Shown: positions 47,239 to 57,390, counted from the first letter of the stretch. The stretch is DNA of 64,000 nt from Eubacteriales bacterium (GCA_045658965.1 JAZOVZ010000106.1:3618-67617); one strand, 5' to 3'. The notes: generated from the letters alone by a model not told the origin. Numbers and translations: made by a program.

Positions 47239-49548
47239 ATGTTACCGCTTGATAAGCTCTCCGATCATGCATTACAGGCACTGTCCGATGCGGGCGTTGA
47301 TACCGACGCTTTGGACGTTGCTTTTTATATGGACCTTGGACTCGACGCAAACTTCGGACAGGTATATCTTGCCATCAGCAAACGGGATGGCAAGCTTTAT
47401 CGTGTTGCGGAAAAAGTGGAGTCCTTTTCTCTTTGTGCACTGACCGATGCGAGCATTGATAACTTTACCACCACCAACCGTCTGACTGCCACGTGGCACG
47501 CAGAGGACGACGTCGCCCCCGAGAAGACCGAGGACATGACCGACGAGCAATTCGGTGAGCTGAAAAAGGCTTACGACGCACGCGGACAAGCCGTGATCGT
47601 AGGCTTTTGCACCAACTCCTGCAAGCGCAAGCTGCTCGCCTTTATCAATATATGGGAACGCCTGGCGCGCGGCGACGAGATTGGAGAGGAAGACCCCATC
47701 TTTGAGCAGTTTTTTGCCAAGTGCCCCAAGTGCGGCAAGCTCTTTGACGACCCGCTGCGCCGCATCTGCAAAAACTGCACCAACAAAAAAGGCACGCTGC
47801 GCCGTCTGCTGGGTTACTTCTCCCCCTTCAAGCTGCAGTTGGTGGTCATCTCCTTCTGCCTGCTCGGCTCAACCGCCATCTCGCTGATCTCGCCCTACAT
47901 TTCGGGCAAGGTGCTCTACGACCGCGTCATTTCTCCCGACGGTGACTTGCGTAACGAAAAATTCGTGTACATATTGGTCGGTGTGATCATCGCCCTTGCG
48001 CTGCTCTCGCTGTTTATTTCCATCGTGCAGAGCCGCTGCAACGCCTATATGTCCACCGAGGTGACCAAGCGCATGAAGAACGACATCTTCCGCGCCATGA
48101 ACCGCCTCTCGCTTTCCTATTTCAACTCCCAGCCCACGGGTAAGCTGATCAACCGCGTCAATTACGATGCCGAAAAGGTGCGCAACTTCTTTATCAACGG
48201 CGTGCCCTACCTGATCGTGCACGCCATGCAGTTTATCGGGTTGACTATTGTGCTCATGATCCTCAACCCCTGGCTGACGCTCATGATCCTTGTGCCCGTT
48301 CCGATCATCGTGCTGATCTTCAAATACCGCCTGCCGCATCTGTGGCGTTCCTTCTCCCGCGCATGGCGCGCCTCCTCCTCGCTGACCGGTGTGCTCAACG
48401 ATTCGCTTTCCGGTATCCGCGTGGTCAAGGCGTTTGCAAAGGAGGAGGTGGAGACCAAGCAATTCTACGGCTACTCCACAAGGCTCATGCAGGCAAATCT
48501 GCGCTCCAACCTCATCGCACTCTCCATCTTCCCCGTCATTTCGCTGATCATCGGTGTGTTCGGCAACATGGTCTGGGGTGTGGGCGGCTTGCAGGTCATC
48601 GGCAAGCAGATGTCTTACGGTGATCTTTCCATGTTCGTCAGCTACATGGGCATGGTATTTGCCCCTTTGAATTTCTTCTCGCAGTTTACCAACATGCTCA
48701 CCGACACGCTCAACAGCGCACAGCGTATGTTTGAGGTGCAGGACATGATCCCCGATATCACCGACGCGCCCGACGCTGTCGAGATGCCCGAGATCAAGGG
48801 CAATATCGAATTCAAGAACGTTGGTTTCCATTACAACCCCAACCGTCCCATCTTGAAGGACGTCACCTTTACCATTCAACAAGGCGACCGCATCGGTCTT
48901 GTGGGTCATACGGGCAGCGGCAAATCCACCATTGCCAACCTGATCACGCGCATGTACGACGTGGTCAGCGGCAGCGTGACCATTGACGGTGTGGACATCA
49001 AGCAGATCAAGCAATCCTCGCTGCGCGGCGGCATTGCCATCGTTTCCCAGGAGATCTTCATTTTCCGCGGCACGATTGCCGATAACATTCGCTACGGCAA
49101 GCCCGACGCTACCATGCAAGAGGTCATTGACGCAGCCCGCGCTGCCAATGCGCACGATTTCATTATGGCACTCCCCGAGGGCTACGAAACCATGGTCGGT
49201 ATCGGCTCGCGCTCGCTTTCGGGCGGTGGGCGTCAGCGCGTATCCATTGCGCGTGCGCTGCTGCTTGACCCCGCGATCCTGATCCTTGACGAGGCGACCG
49301 CCGCTATGGATACCGAGACCGAGCACCAGATCAGCACCGCGATCGATAAGCTGATCGAGGGCAAGACCAGCATCAGCATTGCGCACCGCCTCTCCACGCT
49401 CAAAAATTGCAACTACATCATGGCAATGGAAAACGGCGAGCTGGTGGAAATGGGCACGCAGCAAGAGCTGATGGAAAAAGAGGGCGTTTACTATAAGCTG
49501 TGGACGCTGCAGAACGAACAGCTGACCAAGGTTATGGAAGGCAAATAA
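47239..49548 (+). CDS. ABC exporter half-transporter (TMD-NBD) with about 210-aa N-terminal cytoplasmic extension containing a zinc ribbon
   Basis: Start at ATG 47239 after AAAGGAGGGAG. Zinc ribbon CPKCGKLFDDPLRRICKNC, six TM segments, Walker A GHTGSGKST, signature LSGGGRQR, Walker B ILILDEAT. Confidence 0.85.
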   Translation: MLPLDKLSDHALQALSDAGVDTDALDVAFYMDLGLDANFGQVYLAISKRDGKLYRVAEKVESFSLCALTDASIDNFTTTNRLTATWHAEDDVAPEKTEDMTDEQFGELKKAYDARGQAVIVGFCTNSCKRKLLAFINIWERLARGDEIGEEDPIFEQFFAKCPKCGKLFDDPLRRICKNCTNKKGTLRRLLGYFSPFKLQLVVISFCLLGSTAISLISPYISGKVLYDRVISPDGDLRNEKFVYILVGVIIALALLSLFISIVQSRCNAYMSTEVTKRMKNDIFRAMNRLSLSYFNSQPTGKLINRVNYDAEKVRNFFINGVPYLIVHAMQFIGLTIVLMILNPWLTLMILVPVPIIVLIFKYRLPHLWRSFSRAWRASSSLTGVLNDSLSGIRVVKAFAKEEVETKQFYGYSTRLMQANLRSNLIALSIFPVISLIIGVFGNMVWGVGGLQVIGKQMSYGDLSMFVSYMGMVFAPLNFFSQFTNMLTDTLNSAQRMFEVQDMIPDITDAPDAVEMPEIKGNIEFKNVGFHYNPNRPILKDVTFTIQQGDRIGLVGHTGSGKSTIANLITRMYDVVSGSVTIDGVDIKQIKQSSLRGGIAIVSQEIFIFRGTIADNIRYGKPDATMQEVIDAARAANAHDFIMALPEGYETMVGIGSRSLSGGGRQRVSIARALLLDPAILILDEATAAMDTETEHQISTAIDKLIEGKTSISIAHRLSTLKNCNYIMAMENGELVEMGTQQELMEKEGVYYKLWTLQNEQLTKVMEGK

Positions 49549-49560
49549 GGAGGGATGACT

Positions 49561-50184
49561 ATGCAAAACAAATATAAGTACATGCATCACGGCGGCCCCC
49601 ACGGTGGACGCTTCGGTCACGGCGGACCTCACGGCGCAGGAGGTGAGCGTCCCTTGTTTGAAAAGCGCGCTTCGGTTGCGCTGACCCCGCAAAACGCAGT
49701 ATTCATGCGCTCCCAAGGCGGACTTTTATCCATGACCCTGACCAAGGACGACGGCACGACCGAGGAATTTGAACGTGTGATTCCCGTGCGCGCCTTCCCC
49801 ATTACAGATCCCGATTGCTATATCTGCATTCGAGAGCCCGACACCAAGAAAAAGGGCAAGGGCGAGGAGATCGGCATGATCGAGCGTCTTGCCGCATTTG
49901 ACGAGCAGGCGCAGACCCTCATTTTAGAGGAGCTTGACCGCCGCTACTTTACCCCCGAGATTAGGAAGATCCATTCCCTGCACGAAAAATACGGATATCT
50001 GTATTTTGACGTGACCACTACCGCAGGACGCTCGGAATTCATCATGTCCAATCCCTCGGGCAGCTTCCGCACCTTGGAGGACGGCAGAATTTTCATGTAC
50101 GACATCGACGGCAACTGCTTCTGCGTGCAAAATCCCGAGGCGCTGGATAAAGCCAGCTTAAAGAAGATCGAGATCTATCTCTGA
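49561..50184 (+). CDS. DUF1854-family protein (ABC-exporter-associated)
   Basis: Small soluble protein between the two exporter genes. The second ATG (49561) is 6 nt after AAGGAGGG. The family call is from recollection of the conserved ABC-DUF1854-ABC arrangement. Confidence 0.6.
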   Translation: MQNKYKYMHHGGPHGGRFGHGGPHGAGGERPLFEKRASVALTPQNAVFMRSQGGLLSMTLTKDDGTTEEFERVIPVRAFPITDPDCYICIREPDTKKKGKGEEIGMIERLAAFDEQAQTLILEELDRRYFTPEIRKIHSLHEKYGYLYFDVTTTAGRSEFIMSNPSGSFRTLEDGRIFMYDIDGNCFCVQNPEALDKASLKKIEIYL

Positions 50185-50197
50185 CGGAGGGTTTTGC

Positions 50198-52444
50198 ATG
50201 AAACTGATTTACGAGCTCGACCAAGCCAACCGCGCGGCATTTGAAGCGGCGGGCGGCAAAGACGAGAAAATTTTATACTGTATTCCCTTTGAATACGATG
50301 ACACGGGTACGGTAGACGGCTACATGGTGCTGACCCCCACCTACCTTTACAAGCTTTATAACGGCAAGCTTGGCGGCAAATGGGAAATGAGCCGCATGAG
50401 CGAATTTTCGGTAGAGACCATGTACGGCTGCGCGGGCTTTTACGCGTTTTACGACCAAAGCGCCATTCTGCTCTGCCGCTTTGCCACGGGCAAGAGCCTT
50501 GTGCGCTATACCGTATTGGCGCACGGCTGCGACATGGTTGCCCAAGGGCGCACAGACAACCTGCCCACCAGCGACGAGCCCGAGCGTTACTGCCCCAAGT
50601 GCGGCAGACCCTTTATCCGCAACACGCACATCTGCCCCTATTGCCGCGACAAGGGAAAGATCTACAAAACGCTTTGGGATCTGACCAAGGGCATGCGCCT
50701 TTGGATCATGGCACCGCTCTTTACTGCAGCCGTGGCACTTTGCCTGACCTTTATTGCCCCCTATTTCCAGGAAATTCTGATCAACGACTACATTCTTGCG
50801 GAAAATCCGCTGTCGTTTGACACTTGGCAGGATTGGCTTTGGATGTTCCTTCTCGTCTCGGGCGCGATCGTATCCATTGATATTTTGCACCGCGTACTGG
50901 GCATCGTGCAAAGCCGCATCTCCGCGGTGACAGGTGCACGCTTTACGCGCATGCTGCGCACCAAGCTCTTTGAAAAGATTCAAACGCTCACCATGGCGTC
51001 GGTACAGAAAAAGTCCACGGGTGACCTCATGGGACGTATCAACAACGACGTCAACGTGGTGCAAAACTTCGTGGTGCACCTGCTGCCCACTTACTTTGCA
51101 CAGCTGGTATCGTTTGTGGTCGGTCTGTTCCTGATTTTGTTCATGAGCTTTAAGCTGGGCGTGCCGCTCTTGGCACTCTACATCTTCCTGCCCCTGCCCA
51201 TTGTGGTCATTGCGCTGTGGAGATTCCGCCGCGTCATGAAGCTGCGCAACCGCCGCGCATGGATGCTGGGCAGACGCACCAACCTGACCCTGCAGGACGT
51301 GCTCAGCGGTATTCGCGTGGTCAAGACCTACGGACGCGAGCAAAGTGCCATTGACACCTTTGCCGATTGCACCGAAAAGCAGGCAAAGCAAAACTACTCC
51401 AACGCAAAGCTCTTTGACGTGGTCTTCCCCGTTCTGGGCTTTGTCATGCGTCTGGGCAGCTACTTTATTCTGTGGCACGGCAACCTGCTTTTGTTCCACG
51501 GTGCGCTCGAGGTAGGTACGCTCAACCGCTTTAATACGTATACCAACATCATTTATGCACCTCTGATGCAGATCACCACCATTCCCCGTAATATCTCCGA
51601 ATTCATGACCTCGTTTGGCAAGATCATGGAGATCATGGAGGAGCAGCCCGAGATTGCAGATATTGAAGAACCCCGTGACGTCACGCTGCAGGGTGCGGTC
51701 AGCATCAAGAACGTGACTTTTGGCTATGAGAGTGCCGTTCCCGTGCTCAAGAACGTCTCCGTTGACGTCGAGCCGGGCGAAATGATCGGCATCGTCGGTC
51801 ACTCGGGCAGCGGTAAGTCCACGCTGATCAATCTGGTCATGCGTCTGTACGACCCTGCCGAGGGCTGTATTGTATTTGACGGCGTCAACGCCAAGGATAT
51901 CAGCCAGACCGCGCTGCGCTCGCAGATCGGTGTGGTACTGCAGGAAACGCATCTGTTTTCCGGCACGGTACGCGATAACATCCGTTACGCAAAGCCCCAC
52001 GCCACCAATGCCGAGGTCATTGCAGCAGCTCGCGCTGCCAACGCGCACGATTTTATCATGTCGCTGCCGCAGGGCTATAACACCGTGGTTGGCGAAAAGG
52101 GCTATTCCCTTTCGGGCGGTGAGAGACAGCGCGTGGCGATTGCACGTGCGCTGATCCACAATCCCAAAATTTTGATTTTGGACGAGGCGACAGCAGCACT
52201 TGACACCGAAACCGAAAAGCTGATTCAGGACGCCATTGACGGCATGACCGAAAACCGCACGGTATTTGCCATTGCGCACCGTCTTTCCACGCTGCGTAAT
52301 GCCGACCGCATTCTGGTGCTGGATCACGGTGAGGTTGCCGAATGCGGCACGCACCAGGAGCTTCTGGAGGCACAGGGCATTTACTACAAGCTGGTCATGG
52401 CGCAGGCACGCGCCGCCTTGGAAAAGACCGGCGGCATGATGTAG
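50198..52444 (+). CDS. ABC exporter half-transporter (TMD-NBD) with about 170-aa N-terminal extension containing a zinc ribbon
   Basis: Zinc ribbon CPKCGRPFIRNTHICPYC, Walker A GHSGSGKST, signature LSGGERQR, Walker B ILILDEAT. The 726-aa antisense ORF is a shadow. Confidence 0.85.
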   Translation: MKLIYELDQANRAAFEAAGGKDEKILYCIPFEYDDTGTVDGYMVLTPTYLYKLYNGKLGGKWEMSRMSEFSVETMYGCAGFYAFYDQSAILLCRFATGKSLVRYTVLAHGCDMVAQGRTDNLPTSDEPERYCPKCGRPFIRNTHICPYCRDKGKIYKTLWDLTKGMRLWIMAPLFTAAVALCLTFIAPYFQEILINDYILAENPLSFDTWQDWLWMFLLVSGAIVSIDILHRVLGIVQSRISAVTGARFTRMLRTKLFEKIQTLTMASVQKKSTGDLMGRINNDVNVVQNFVVHLLPTYFAQLVSFVVGLFLILFMSFKLGVPLLALYIFLPLPIVVIALWRFRRVMKLRNRRAWMLGRRTNLTLQDVLSGIRVVKTYGREQSAIDTFADCTEKQAKQNYSNAKLFDVVFPVLGFVMRLGSYFILWHGNLLLFHGALEVGTLNRFNTYTNIIYAPLMQITTIPRNISEFMTSFGKIMEIMEEQPEIADIEEPRDVTLQGAVSIKNVTFGYESAVPVLKNVSVDVEPGEMIGIVGHSGSGKSTLINLVMRLYDPAEGCIVFDGVNAKDISQTALRSQIGVVLQETHLFSGTVRDNIRYAKPHATNAEVIAAARAANAHDFIMSLPQGYNTVVGEKGYSLSGGERQRVAIARALIHNPKILILDEATAALDTETEKLIQDAIDGMTENRTVFAIAHRLSTLRNADRILVLDHGEVAECGTHQELLEAQGIYYKLVMAQARAALEKTGGMM

Positions 52445-52630
52445 CAGATGCAAATGCAGCTATCGCTGCGTCCGCATCTGCAGTGAAATTCGCTCCCTTG
52501 GAGCGAGTGAAATATTTGCATGAATGCAAATGTGAAATATTCGCTGCGCGAATGTGAAATTCGCCTGCGGCGAGTGAGAATATAGTTGCCGTAGGTGCGA
52601 ATGACCATTGGTCGCCGGCACCTGCGGCAA
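52445..52630. repeat. Array of six hairpins, five of them spaced by a conserved (T)GTGAAAT(A) word
   Basis: The word precedes each hairpin: GTGAAAT-TCGCTCccttgGAGCGA; GTGAAATA-TTTGCATgaATGCAAA; TGTGAAATA-TTCGCtgcGCGAA; TGTGAAAT-TCGCCtgcGGCGA; GTGAGAATA..TTGCCGtAGGTGC...GGCACCTgCGGCAA. The array is preceded by GCAGATGC...GCATCTGC. Confidence 0.7.
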
Positions 52631-52681
52631 TTATATTTTGGAAGTATGTTTATAAATAACAGCTGTTTTTGAGGAAAGAAC

Positions 52682-52710
52682 TTGAAAATTATGCGCCTAT
52701 GCTGTATAAT
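52682..52710 (+). promoter_or_regulatory. Sigma-70-type promoter of the GH38 gene
   Basis: TTGAAA, 17-nt spacer, TGtATAAT. The start codon is 32 nt downstream. Confidence 0.55.
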
Positions 52711-52741
52711 TAAGAAAAGACTATCCGAAGGGAGTACGTAC

Positions 52742-55162
52742 ATGAAGCAAGTACATCTGATCTGCAACGCGCACATTGACCCCATCTGGCAATGGGATTG
52801 GCAGGAGGGCGCGGGCGCGGTACTGTCCACCTTCCGTTCAGCCGTTAACTTAGCGCGCGAATTTGATTACGTGTTCTGCCACAATGAGGCAGCCATTTAT
52901 AAATACGTAGAGGAATATGATCCCGGACTGTTTGAGGAGATCAAGGAATTGGTCAAGGCAGGCAAATGGCACATTATGGGCGGCTGGTATCTGCAGCCCG
53001 ATTGCAACATGCCCTCGGGCGAGAGTTTGACGCGCCAGATCCTTGAGGGCAAGCGATACTTCCTTGACAAATTCGGCATCTTCCCCACCACCGCCATCAA
53101 CTTTGACTCGTTCGGGCATAGTATGGGCTTGGTGCAGATCATTGCCAAGTGCGGACAGGACAGCTATATCTGCTGCCGCCCCGCAGCGCACGTTGTCAAT
53201 CTGCCGTCCAGACAATTTGTCTGGAAAGGCTTTGACGGCTCGACCGTCAAGGTCATGCACGCGCACGACGGCGGCTACAACACCCCTATGGGCAGCTCGC
53301 TGGGTGCAATCATCAATAAAGCAAATGCGCAGCCCGAGGACACGGTATGCGTGCTTTGGGGCGTGGGCAATCACGGCGGCGGTCCTTCGCGCAAGGATCT
53401 TGCCGATATCCGGGCATACATGCAGGAAGGCGACAGCCTGTATCTCATTCACTCCACCCCCGAGCAGTTCTTTGCAAGCATCCATCCCACCGAAACGGTA
53501 GAGCGTTCCCTGCGCATCTCCATGCCGGGCTGCTATACCTCCATGGGCAAGATCAAGCGCAAGCACGTACAGCTGGAAAACGAGCTTTATACGGCAGAAA
53601 AGATGCTGTCTGCGGCTTGCATTTCGGGTGCGCTTTCCGAGTACCCCGAGGAAAAATTGCATGAGATCACCGAGGATCTGCTGGGCGCAGAGTTCCACGA
53701 CGTGCTCCCCGGCTCTTGCATCCAATCTGGCGAGGATAACGGACTCAAGCTGCTCGACCACGGCCTTTTGGAGGCGGAGCGTCTCAAGACCCGTGCCTTC
53801 TTTGCCATGTCACTGGATCAAAAGGTGGCAGCCGAGGGAGAATATCCCGTATTGGTATATAACCCCAACGCCACGCCCTTTGCAGGCAACGTGGAATTTG
53901 AGCTCATGCTTGCCGACCAGAACTGGACCGACAGCTATACGCATATTATCGTCAAGGATGAGGACGGCAACGAAATCCCCTCGCAATGCATCAAGGAAGA
54001 AAGCAATCTTGCCCTTGACTGGCGCAAGCGCGTGACCTTCTTTGCAGAGGTGCCGCCCATGAGCATGCGCCGCTACGGTGCATACGCACGCATTTTCCCC
54101 GAAAAGCCGGGTGCGAAATGTGCCGACACGGTATTTGACAACGGACATAAGCGCGTAGTCATTGACGGAAAGACAGGTCTGCTCTCCTCGTTTACCTTGG
54201 ACGGCAAGGAATACGTGCACGACGCATTTTCGCTGTGTGCCTTTGACGACAATCCCGACCCTTGGGGTATGCAGGATTTCCAGATCTCCCGCCTTGGCAC
54301 CAACGAGCAGCAATTTACCCTTTGCGAACACCCCGACGGTCCCTTTGAGGGGCTTTCCCCCATTTCGGTCATCGAGGACGGTGACGTTTACCTTGGCGTT
54401 GAGGCGCTGTTTGCCCACGAGCACACCCGTGCCCGCGTGCTTTATAAAATCTACAAGAACAACGACCTTGTGGACGTGGACGTAACCCTGTTCCTTGGCG
54501 ATATCAACCGCTTTATCAAGCTCAAGGTGCCCTTCTCCGGTGAAGGTAAGCTGATTGGCCAAGCCGTATTCGGCACGGAAGAGCTTTACATGGACGCACG
54601 CGAGAACGTGTCGCAACGCTTTATCGCGCTGGATGACGGCAAGACCTGCACCGCACTCCTCAATAACTGCACATACGGCAGCCATTTTGAAAACGGTGCA
54701 CTCTACCTCTCTCTTGCACGCGGCGTGACCTATTGCGCACACCCCATCATGGCAAGACCCATCATCCCCACCGACCGCTTTACCAAGAAGATCGACCAGG
54801 GCGAGAGCGCCTACTCCTTCCGCCTCGGCGTATTTGCGCGCGAGGAGCTGGAGAACGCAGCGCAGGCATTTAACCATAAGCCCTACGTGCTAAACGTGTT
54901 CCCCACGGGCAGCGCGCACCCCGCAACCAAGCCTTTTTCGATCGATCTTGGCAACGACGCCGTCAGCCTTGTCACGCTCAAGCGTAAGGACGACACCGAC
55001 GGCACCTATATTCTGCGCCTGTTCAATAACACCCCCGACGCACAAAGCGGCACCCTCTGCCTGTGCGGCGCATCCCTGCCCCTTACCTACACGCCTTACG
55101 AGGCAAAAACCGTGCTGTATAAGGACGGCGTATTAACAGAGGCAGAGACTTTGATGATTTAA
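52742..55162 (+). CDS. Glycoside hydrolase family 38 alpha-mannosidase
   Basis: Start at ATG 52742. MKQVHLICNAHIDPIWQWDWQEG is the GH38 N-terminal metal-site signature. About 806 aa. Confidence 0.85.
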   Translation: MKQVHLICNAHIDPIWQWDWQEGAGAVLSTFRSAVNLAREFDYVFCHNEAAIYKYVEEYDPGLFEEIKELVKAGKWHIMGGWYLQPDCNMPSGESLTRQILEGKRYFLDKFGIFPTTAINFDSFGHSMGLVQIIAKCGQDSYICCRPAAHVVNLPSRQFVWKGFDGSTVKVMHAHDGGYNTPMGSSLGAIINKANAQPEDTVCVLWGVGNHGGGPSRKDLADIRAYMQEGDSLYLIHSTPEQFFASIHPTETVERSLRISMPGCYTSMGKIKRKHVQLENELYTAEKMLSAACISGALSEYPEEKLHEITEDLLGAEFHDVLPGSCIQSGEDNGLKLLDHGLLEAERLKTRAFFAMSLDQKVAAEGEYPVLVYNPNATPFAGNVEFELMLADQNWTDSYTHIIVKDEDGNEIPSQCIKEESNLALDWRKRVTFFAEVPPMSMRRYGAYARIFPEKPGAKCADTVFDNGHKRVVIDGKTGLLSSFTLDGKEYVHDAFSLCAFDDNPDPWGMQDFQISRLGTNEQQFTLCEHPDGPFEGLSPISVIEDGDVYLGVEALFAHEHTRARVLYKIYKNNDLVDVDVTLFLGDINRFIKLKVPFSGEGKLIGQAVFGTEELYMDARENVSQRFIALDDGKTCTALLNNCTYGSHFENGALYLSLARGVTYCAHPIMARPIIPTDRFTKKIDQGESAYSFRLGVFAREELENAAQAFNHKPYVLNVFPTGSAHPATKPFSIDLGNDAVSLVTLKRKDDTDGTYILRLFNNTPDAQSGTLCLCGASLPLTYTPYEAKTVLYKDGVLTEAETLMI

Positions 55163-55187
55163 CAAATACGAAAGGAGAGGGCACAAC

Positions 55188-56447
55188 ATGTCATCGTACA
55201 GCGAGCTGATCAAGAATTTTGAAAAGATCCGCGCCTATATGCGTGATTTTTACGTATACGGCTTCAAGCGCCGCGACGATTATCAATCCAAAAGTGCACG
55301 CTCCTATGACGACGAGCGCCGTCGCATGGAAAGCTGGCTGGGCGAGCACATGAGCTTTGTTCGCACGCCCGAGGGCAAAAACGTGTTCATTTCCATCGAC
55401 AGCCGCACCATCAGACACAACCCGCTGTACAATGCGTGGAAAGCGAAAAGCTTTACCGATGGCGATATTACGTTGCATTTCATCATCTTTGATATTCTGT
55501 ACGAGCCATCCGTCAAGCGAACGATATCCGAATTGCTTGCAGAGATCGACGAGAAATATCTCTCCGGCTTTGAAAGCCCCCAGATGTACGATGAATCTAC
55601 GCTGCGCAAAAAGCTCAAGGAATACTGCGAGGCGGGCATCATCGAAACGGAAAAGCAGGGTCGCAAGGTATATTATCACAGAACCGAAAGCACCGAAGTT
55701 GCCGATCTTGACGACGTCCTGCACTACTTTTCCGAGGTAGCACCCTGCGGCGTGATCGGCTCGTTTATACTTGACAAAGAGGACTCTGACACCGAGACAT
55801 TCACGTTCAAGCACCATTACATCACAGGTGCCATCGACAGCGGCGTGCTCGCCTCACTCTTTACAGCCATGCGCGAAAAGCGTGCAGTCACGCTCTCTAA
55901 TCTGCGAAGAAACGCCGATATGCCGCGCCGCTTGCGTGTCGTGCCCCTGCGCATTTTCATCAGCGTGCAGACAGGCAGACAGCATCTGCTTGCCTACCTG
56001 CCCGCCTATAATATCTTCCATTCCTACCGTATCGACTATCTGTCCGGCATCAAGCTCGAAGACCCCACGCCCCGCTTTGACGAGCTGCGTGCCGAGCTTG
56101 ACCGCATGCAGACAAAGATGTGGGGCGTGATCACAAGCCGCAACAAATGGGGTAAGGAGCAGCTGGAGCACGTGGAATTCACCGTGAAAATCGGCAAGGA
56201 CGAACAGCATATCGTAAGACGCTTGGAGCGAGAAAAGCGCGTTGGCAAGGTGGAGCAAATCGACGAGCACACCTACCGCTTCTCTGCTGAAGTATACGAC
56301 TCGGGCGAGCTGTGCCCGTGGATCAGAACCTTTATCTGCCGCATTGCGCAAATGAACTTCTCCAACCGCACCGTGGAAAACCGCTTCAAGCGGGATTTGG
56401 AGGAGATGTACATGCTCTACGGCATCGAAAAGGAGGCGGACGAATGA
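55188..56447 (+). CDS. wHTH + WYL + WCX domain regulator (WYL protein 1)
   Basis: 419 aa. Winged-helix segment (LRKKLKEYCEAGIIETEKQGRKVYYHR). WYL core (RLRVVPLRIFISVQTGRQHLLAYLPAYNIFHSYRIDYLSGIKL). C-terminal WCX-like segment (HVEFTVKIGKDEQHIVRRLEREKRVGKVEQIDEHTYRF). Confidence 0.7.
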   Translation: MSSYSELIKNFEKIRAYMRDFYVYGFKRRDDYQSKSARSYDDERRRMESWLGEHMSFVRTPEGKNVFISIDSRTIRHNPLYNAWKAKSFTDGDITLHFIIFDILYEPSVKRTISELLAEIDEKYLSGFESPQMYDESTLRKKLKEYCEAGIIETEKQGRKVYYHRTESTEVADLDDVLHYFSEVAPCGVIGSFILDKEDSDTETFTFKHHYITGAIDSGVLASLFTAMREKRAVTLSNLRRNADMPRRLRVVPLRIFISVQTGRQHLLAYLPAYNIFHSYRIDYLSGIKLEDPTPRFDELRAELDRMQTKMWGVITSRNKWGKEQLEHVEFTVKIGKDEQHIVRRLEREKRVGKVEQIDEHTYRFSAEVYDSGELCPWIRTFICRIAQMNFSNRTVENRFKRDLEEMYMLYGIEKEADE

Positions 56448-57355
56448 TCTTTTCCGAGCTTTATTCAGCCTATTACCGCACGGTTGCCGCCATACTGTCG
56501 GCAATCTTAGACGGTGAGCAAAACGAAAAGGCACTGCAGGACATCGTCGTGGGGCATGCGTTCGGTGAGAGTGTGCTGACCATTCTGCCCGCGCTCAAAA
56601 CAGAGAAATGGCAGCTTGTGCACGCCGATATGACCACACCCATCCGACACAAGCCCACTCTTCCCCTGACCATGCTGCAAAAGCAGTGGCTCAAGGCAAT
56701 TTCTCTTGATCCTCGCGTGCAGCTGTTCGGTGTGGATTTTCCCGATCTTGGGAACGTAGAGCCGCTTTTCACCCCTGCGGATTATCACGTATATGATAAA
56801 TACGGCGACGGTGACCCTTACACCGATCCCGAGTACATCCGCCAATTCCGCGTCATTCTGAGCGCGATTCAAAACGGCTCGCAAATCAAATTCAACATGG
56901 TCAACCGCAAGGGCAACACCATGTACGTCAGATGCCGCCCCGTGCGTTTGGAATACTCCGAAAAGGACGACAAATTCCGTGTGATCACAGCAGGCTGGCG
57001 TGCGGTATCCACCGTCAATCTTGCAAAAATACAGAACTGTGCGCATTATCAAGGCACGCAACAAGTCAAGGGGCAGGAACGAGAGGAGCTGTATGATACC
57101 GTGACGGTCAAGATCCGAAACGAGCGCAACGCCCCCGAGCGATTTTTGCTCAACTTTGCGCACTTTGAAAAGCAAACCGAAAAGCTTGACAAAAAGCACT
57201 ATCAGGTAAGGATCAGATACCCCTTGAACGATCAGCCCGAAATGGTCATCCGTATGCTCTCGTTCGGTCCCATGATCGAGGTCACAGAGCCCGAAGCTTT
57301 TCGCGCACTCATGATCGAAAAGCTGAAAAAACAGTTGGATTGTAAATTAAAGTAA
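56444..57355 (+). CDS. WYL + WCX domain protein without obvious HTH (WYL protein 2)
   Basis: Start at ATG 56444 in an ATGA overlap with the upstream stop. WYL core (MYVRCRPVRLEYSEKDDKFRVITAGWRAVSTVNLAKI). WCX-like end (MVIRMLSFGPMIEVTEPEAFRALMIEKL). Confidence 0.7.
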   Translation: MIFSELYSAYYRTVAAILSAILDGEQNEKALQDIVVGHAFGESVLTILPALKTEKWQLVHADMTTPIRHKPTLPLTMLQKQWLKAISLDPRVQLFGVDFPDLGNVEPLFTPADYHVYDKYGDGDPYTDPEYIRQFRVILSAIQNGSQIKFNMVNRKGNTMYVRCRPVRLEYSEKDDKFRVITAGWRAVSTVNLAKIQNCAHYQGTQQVKGQEREELYDTVTVKIRNERNAPERFLLNFAHFEKQTEKLDKKHYQVRIRYPLNDQPEMVIRMLSFGPMIEVTEPEAFRALMIEKLKKQLDCKLK

Positions 57356-57356
57356 C

Positions 57357-57390
57357 AAAAAGCCCTCATCCGAGGGCTTTTTGTTGTTTT
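57357..57390 (+). terminator. Rho-independent terminator after the WYL pair
   Basis: AAAAAGCCCTCatccGAGGGCTTTTTGTTGTTTT. Confidence 0.8.
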
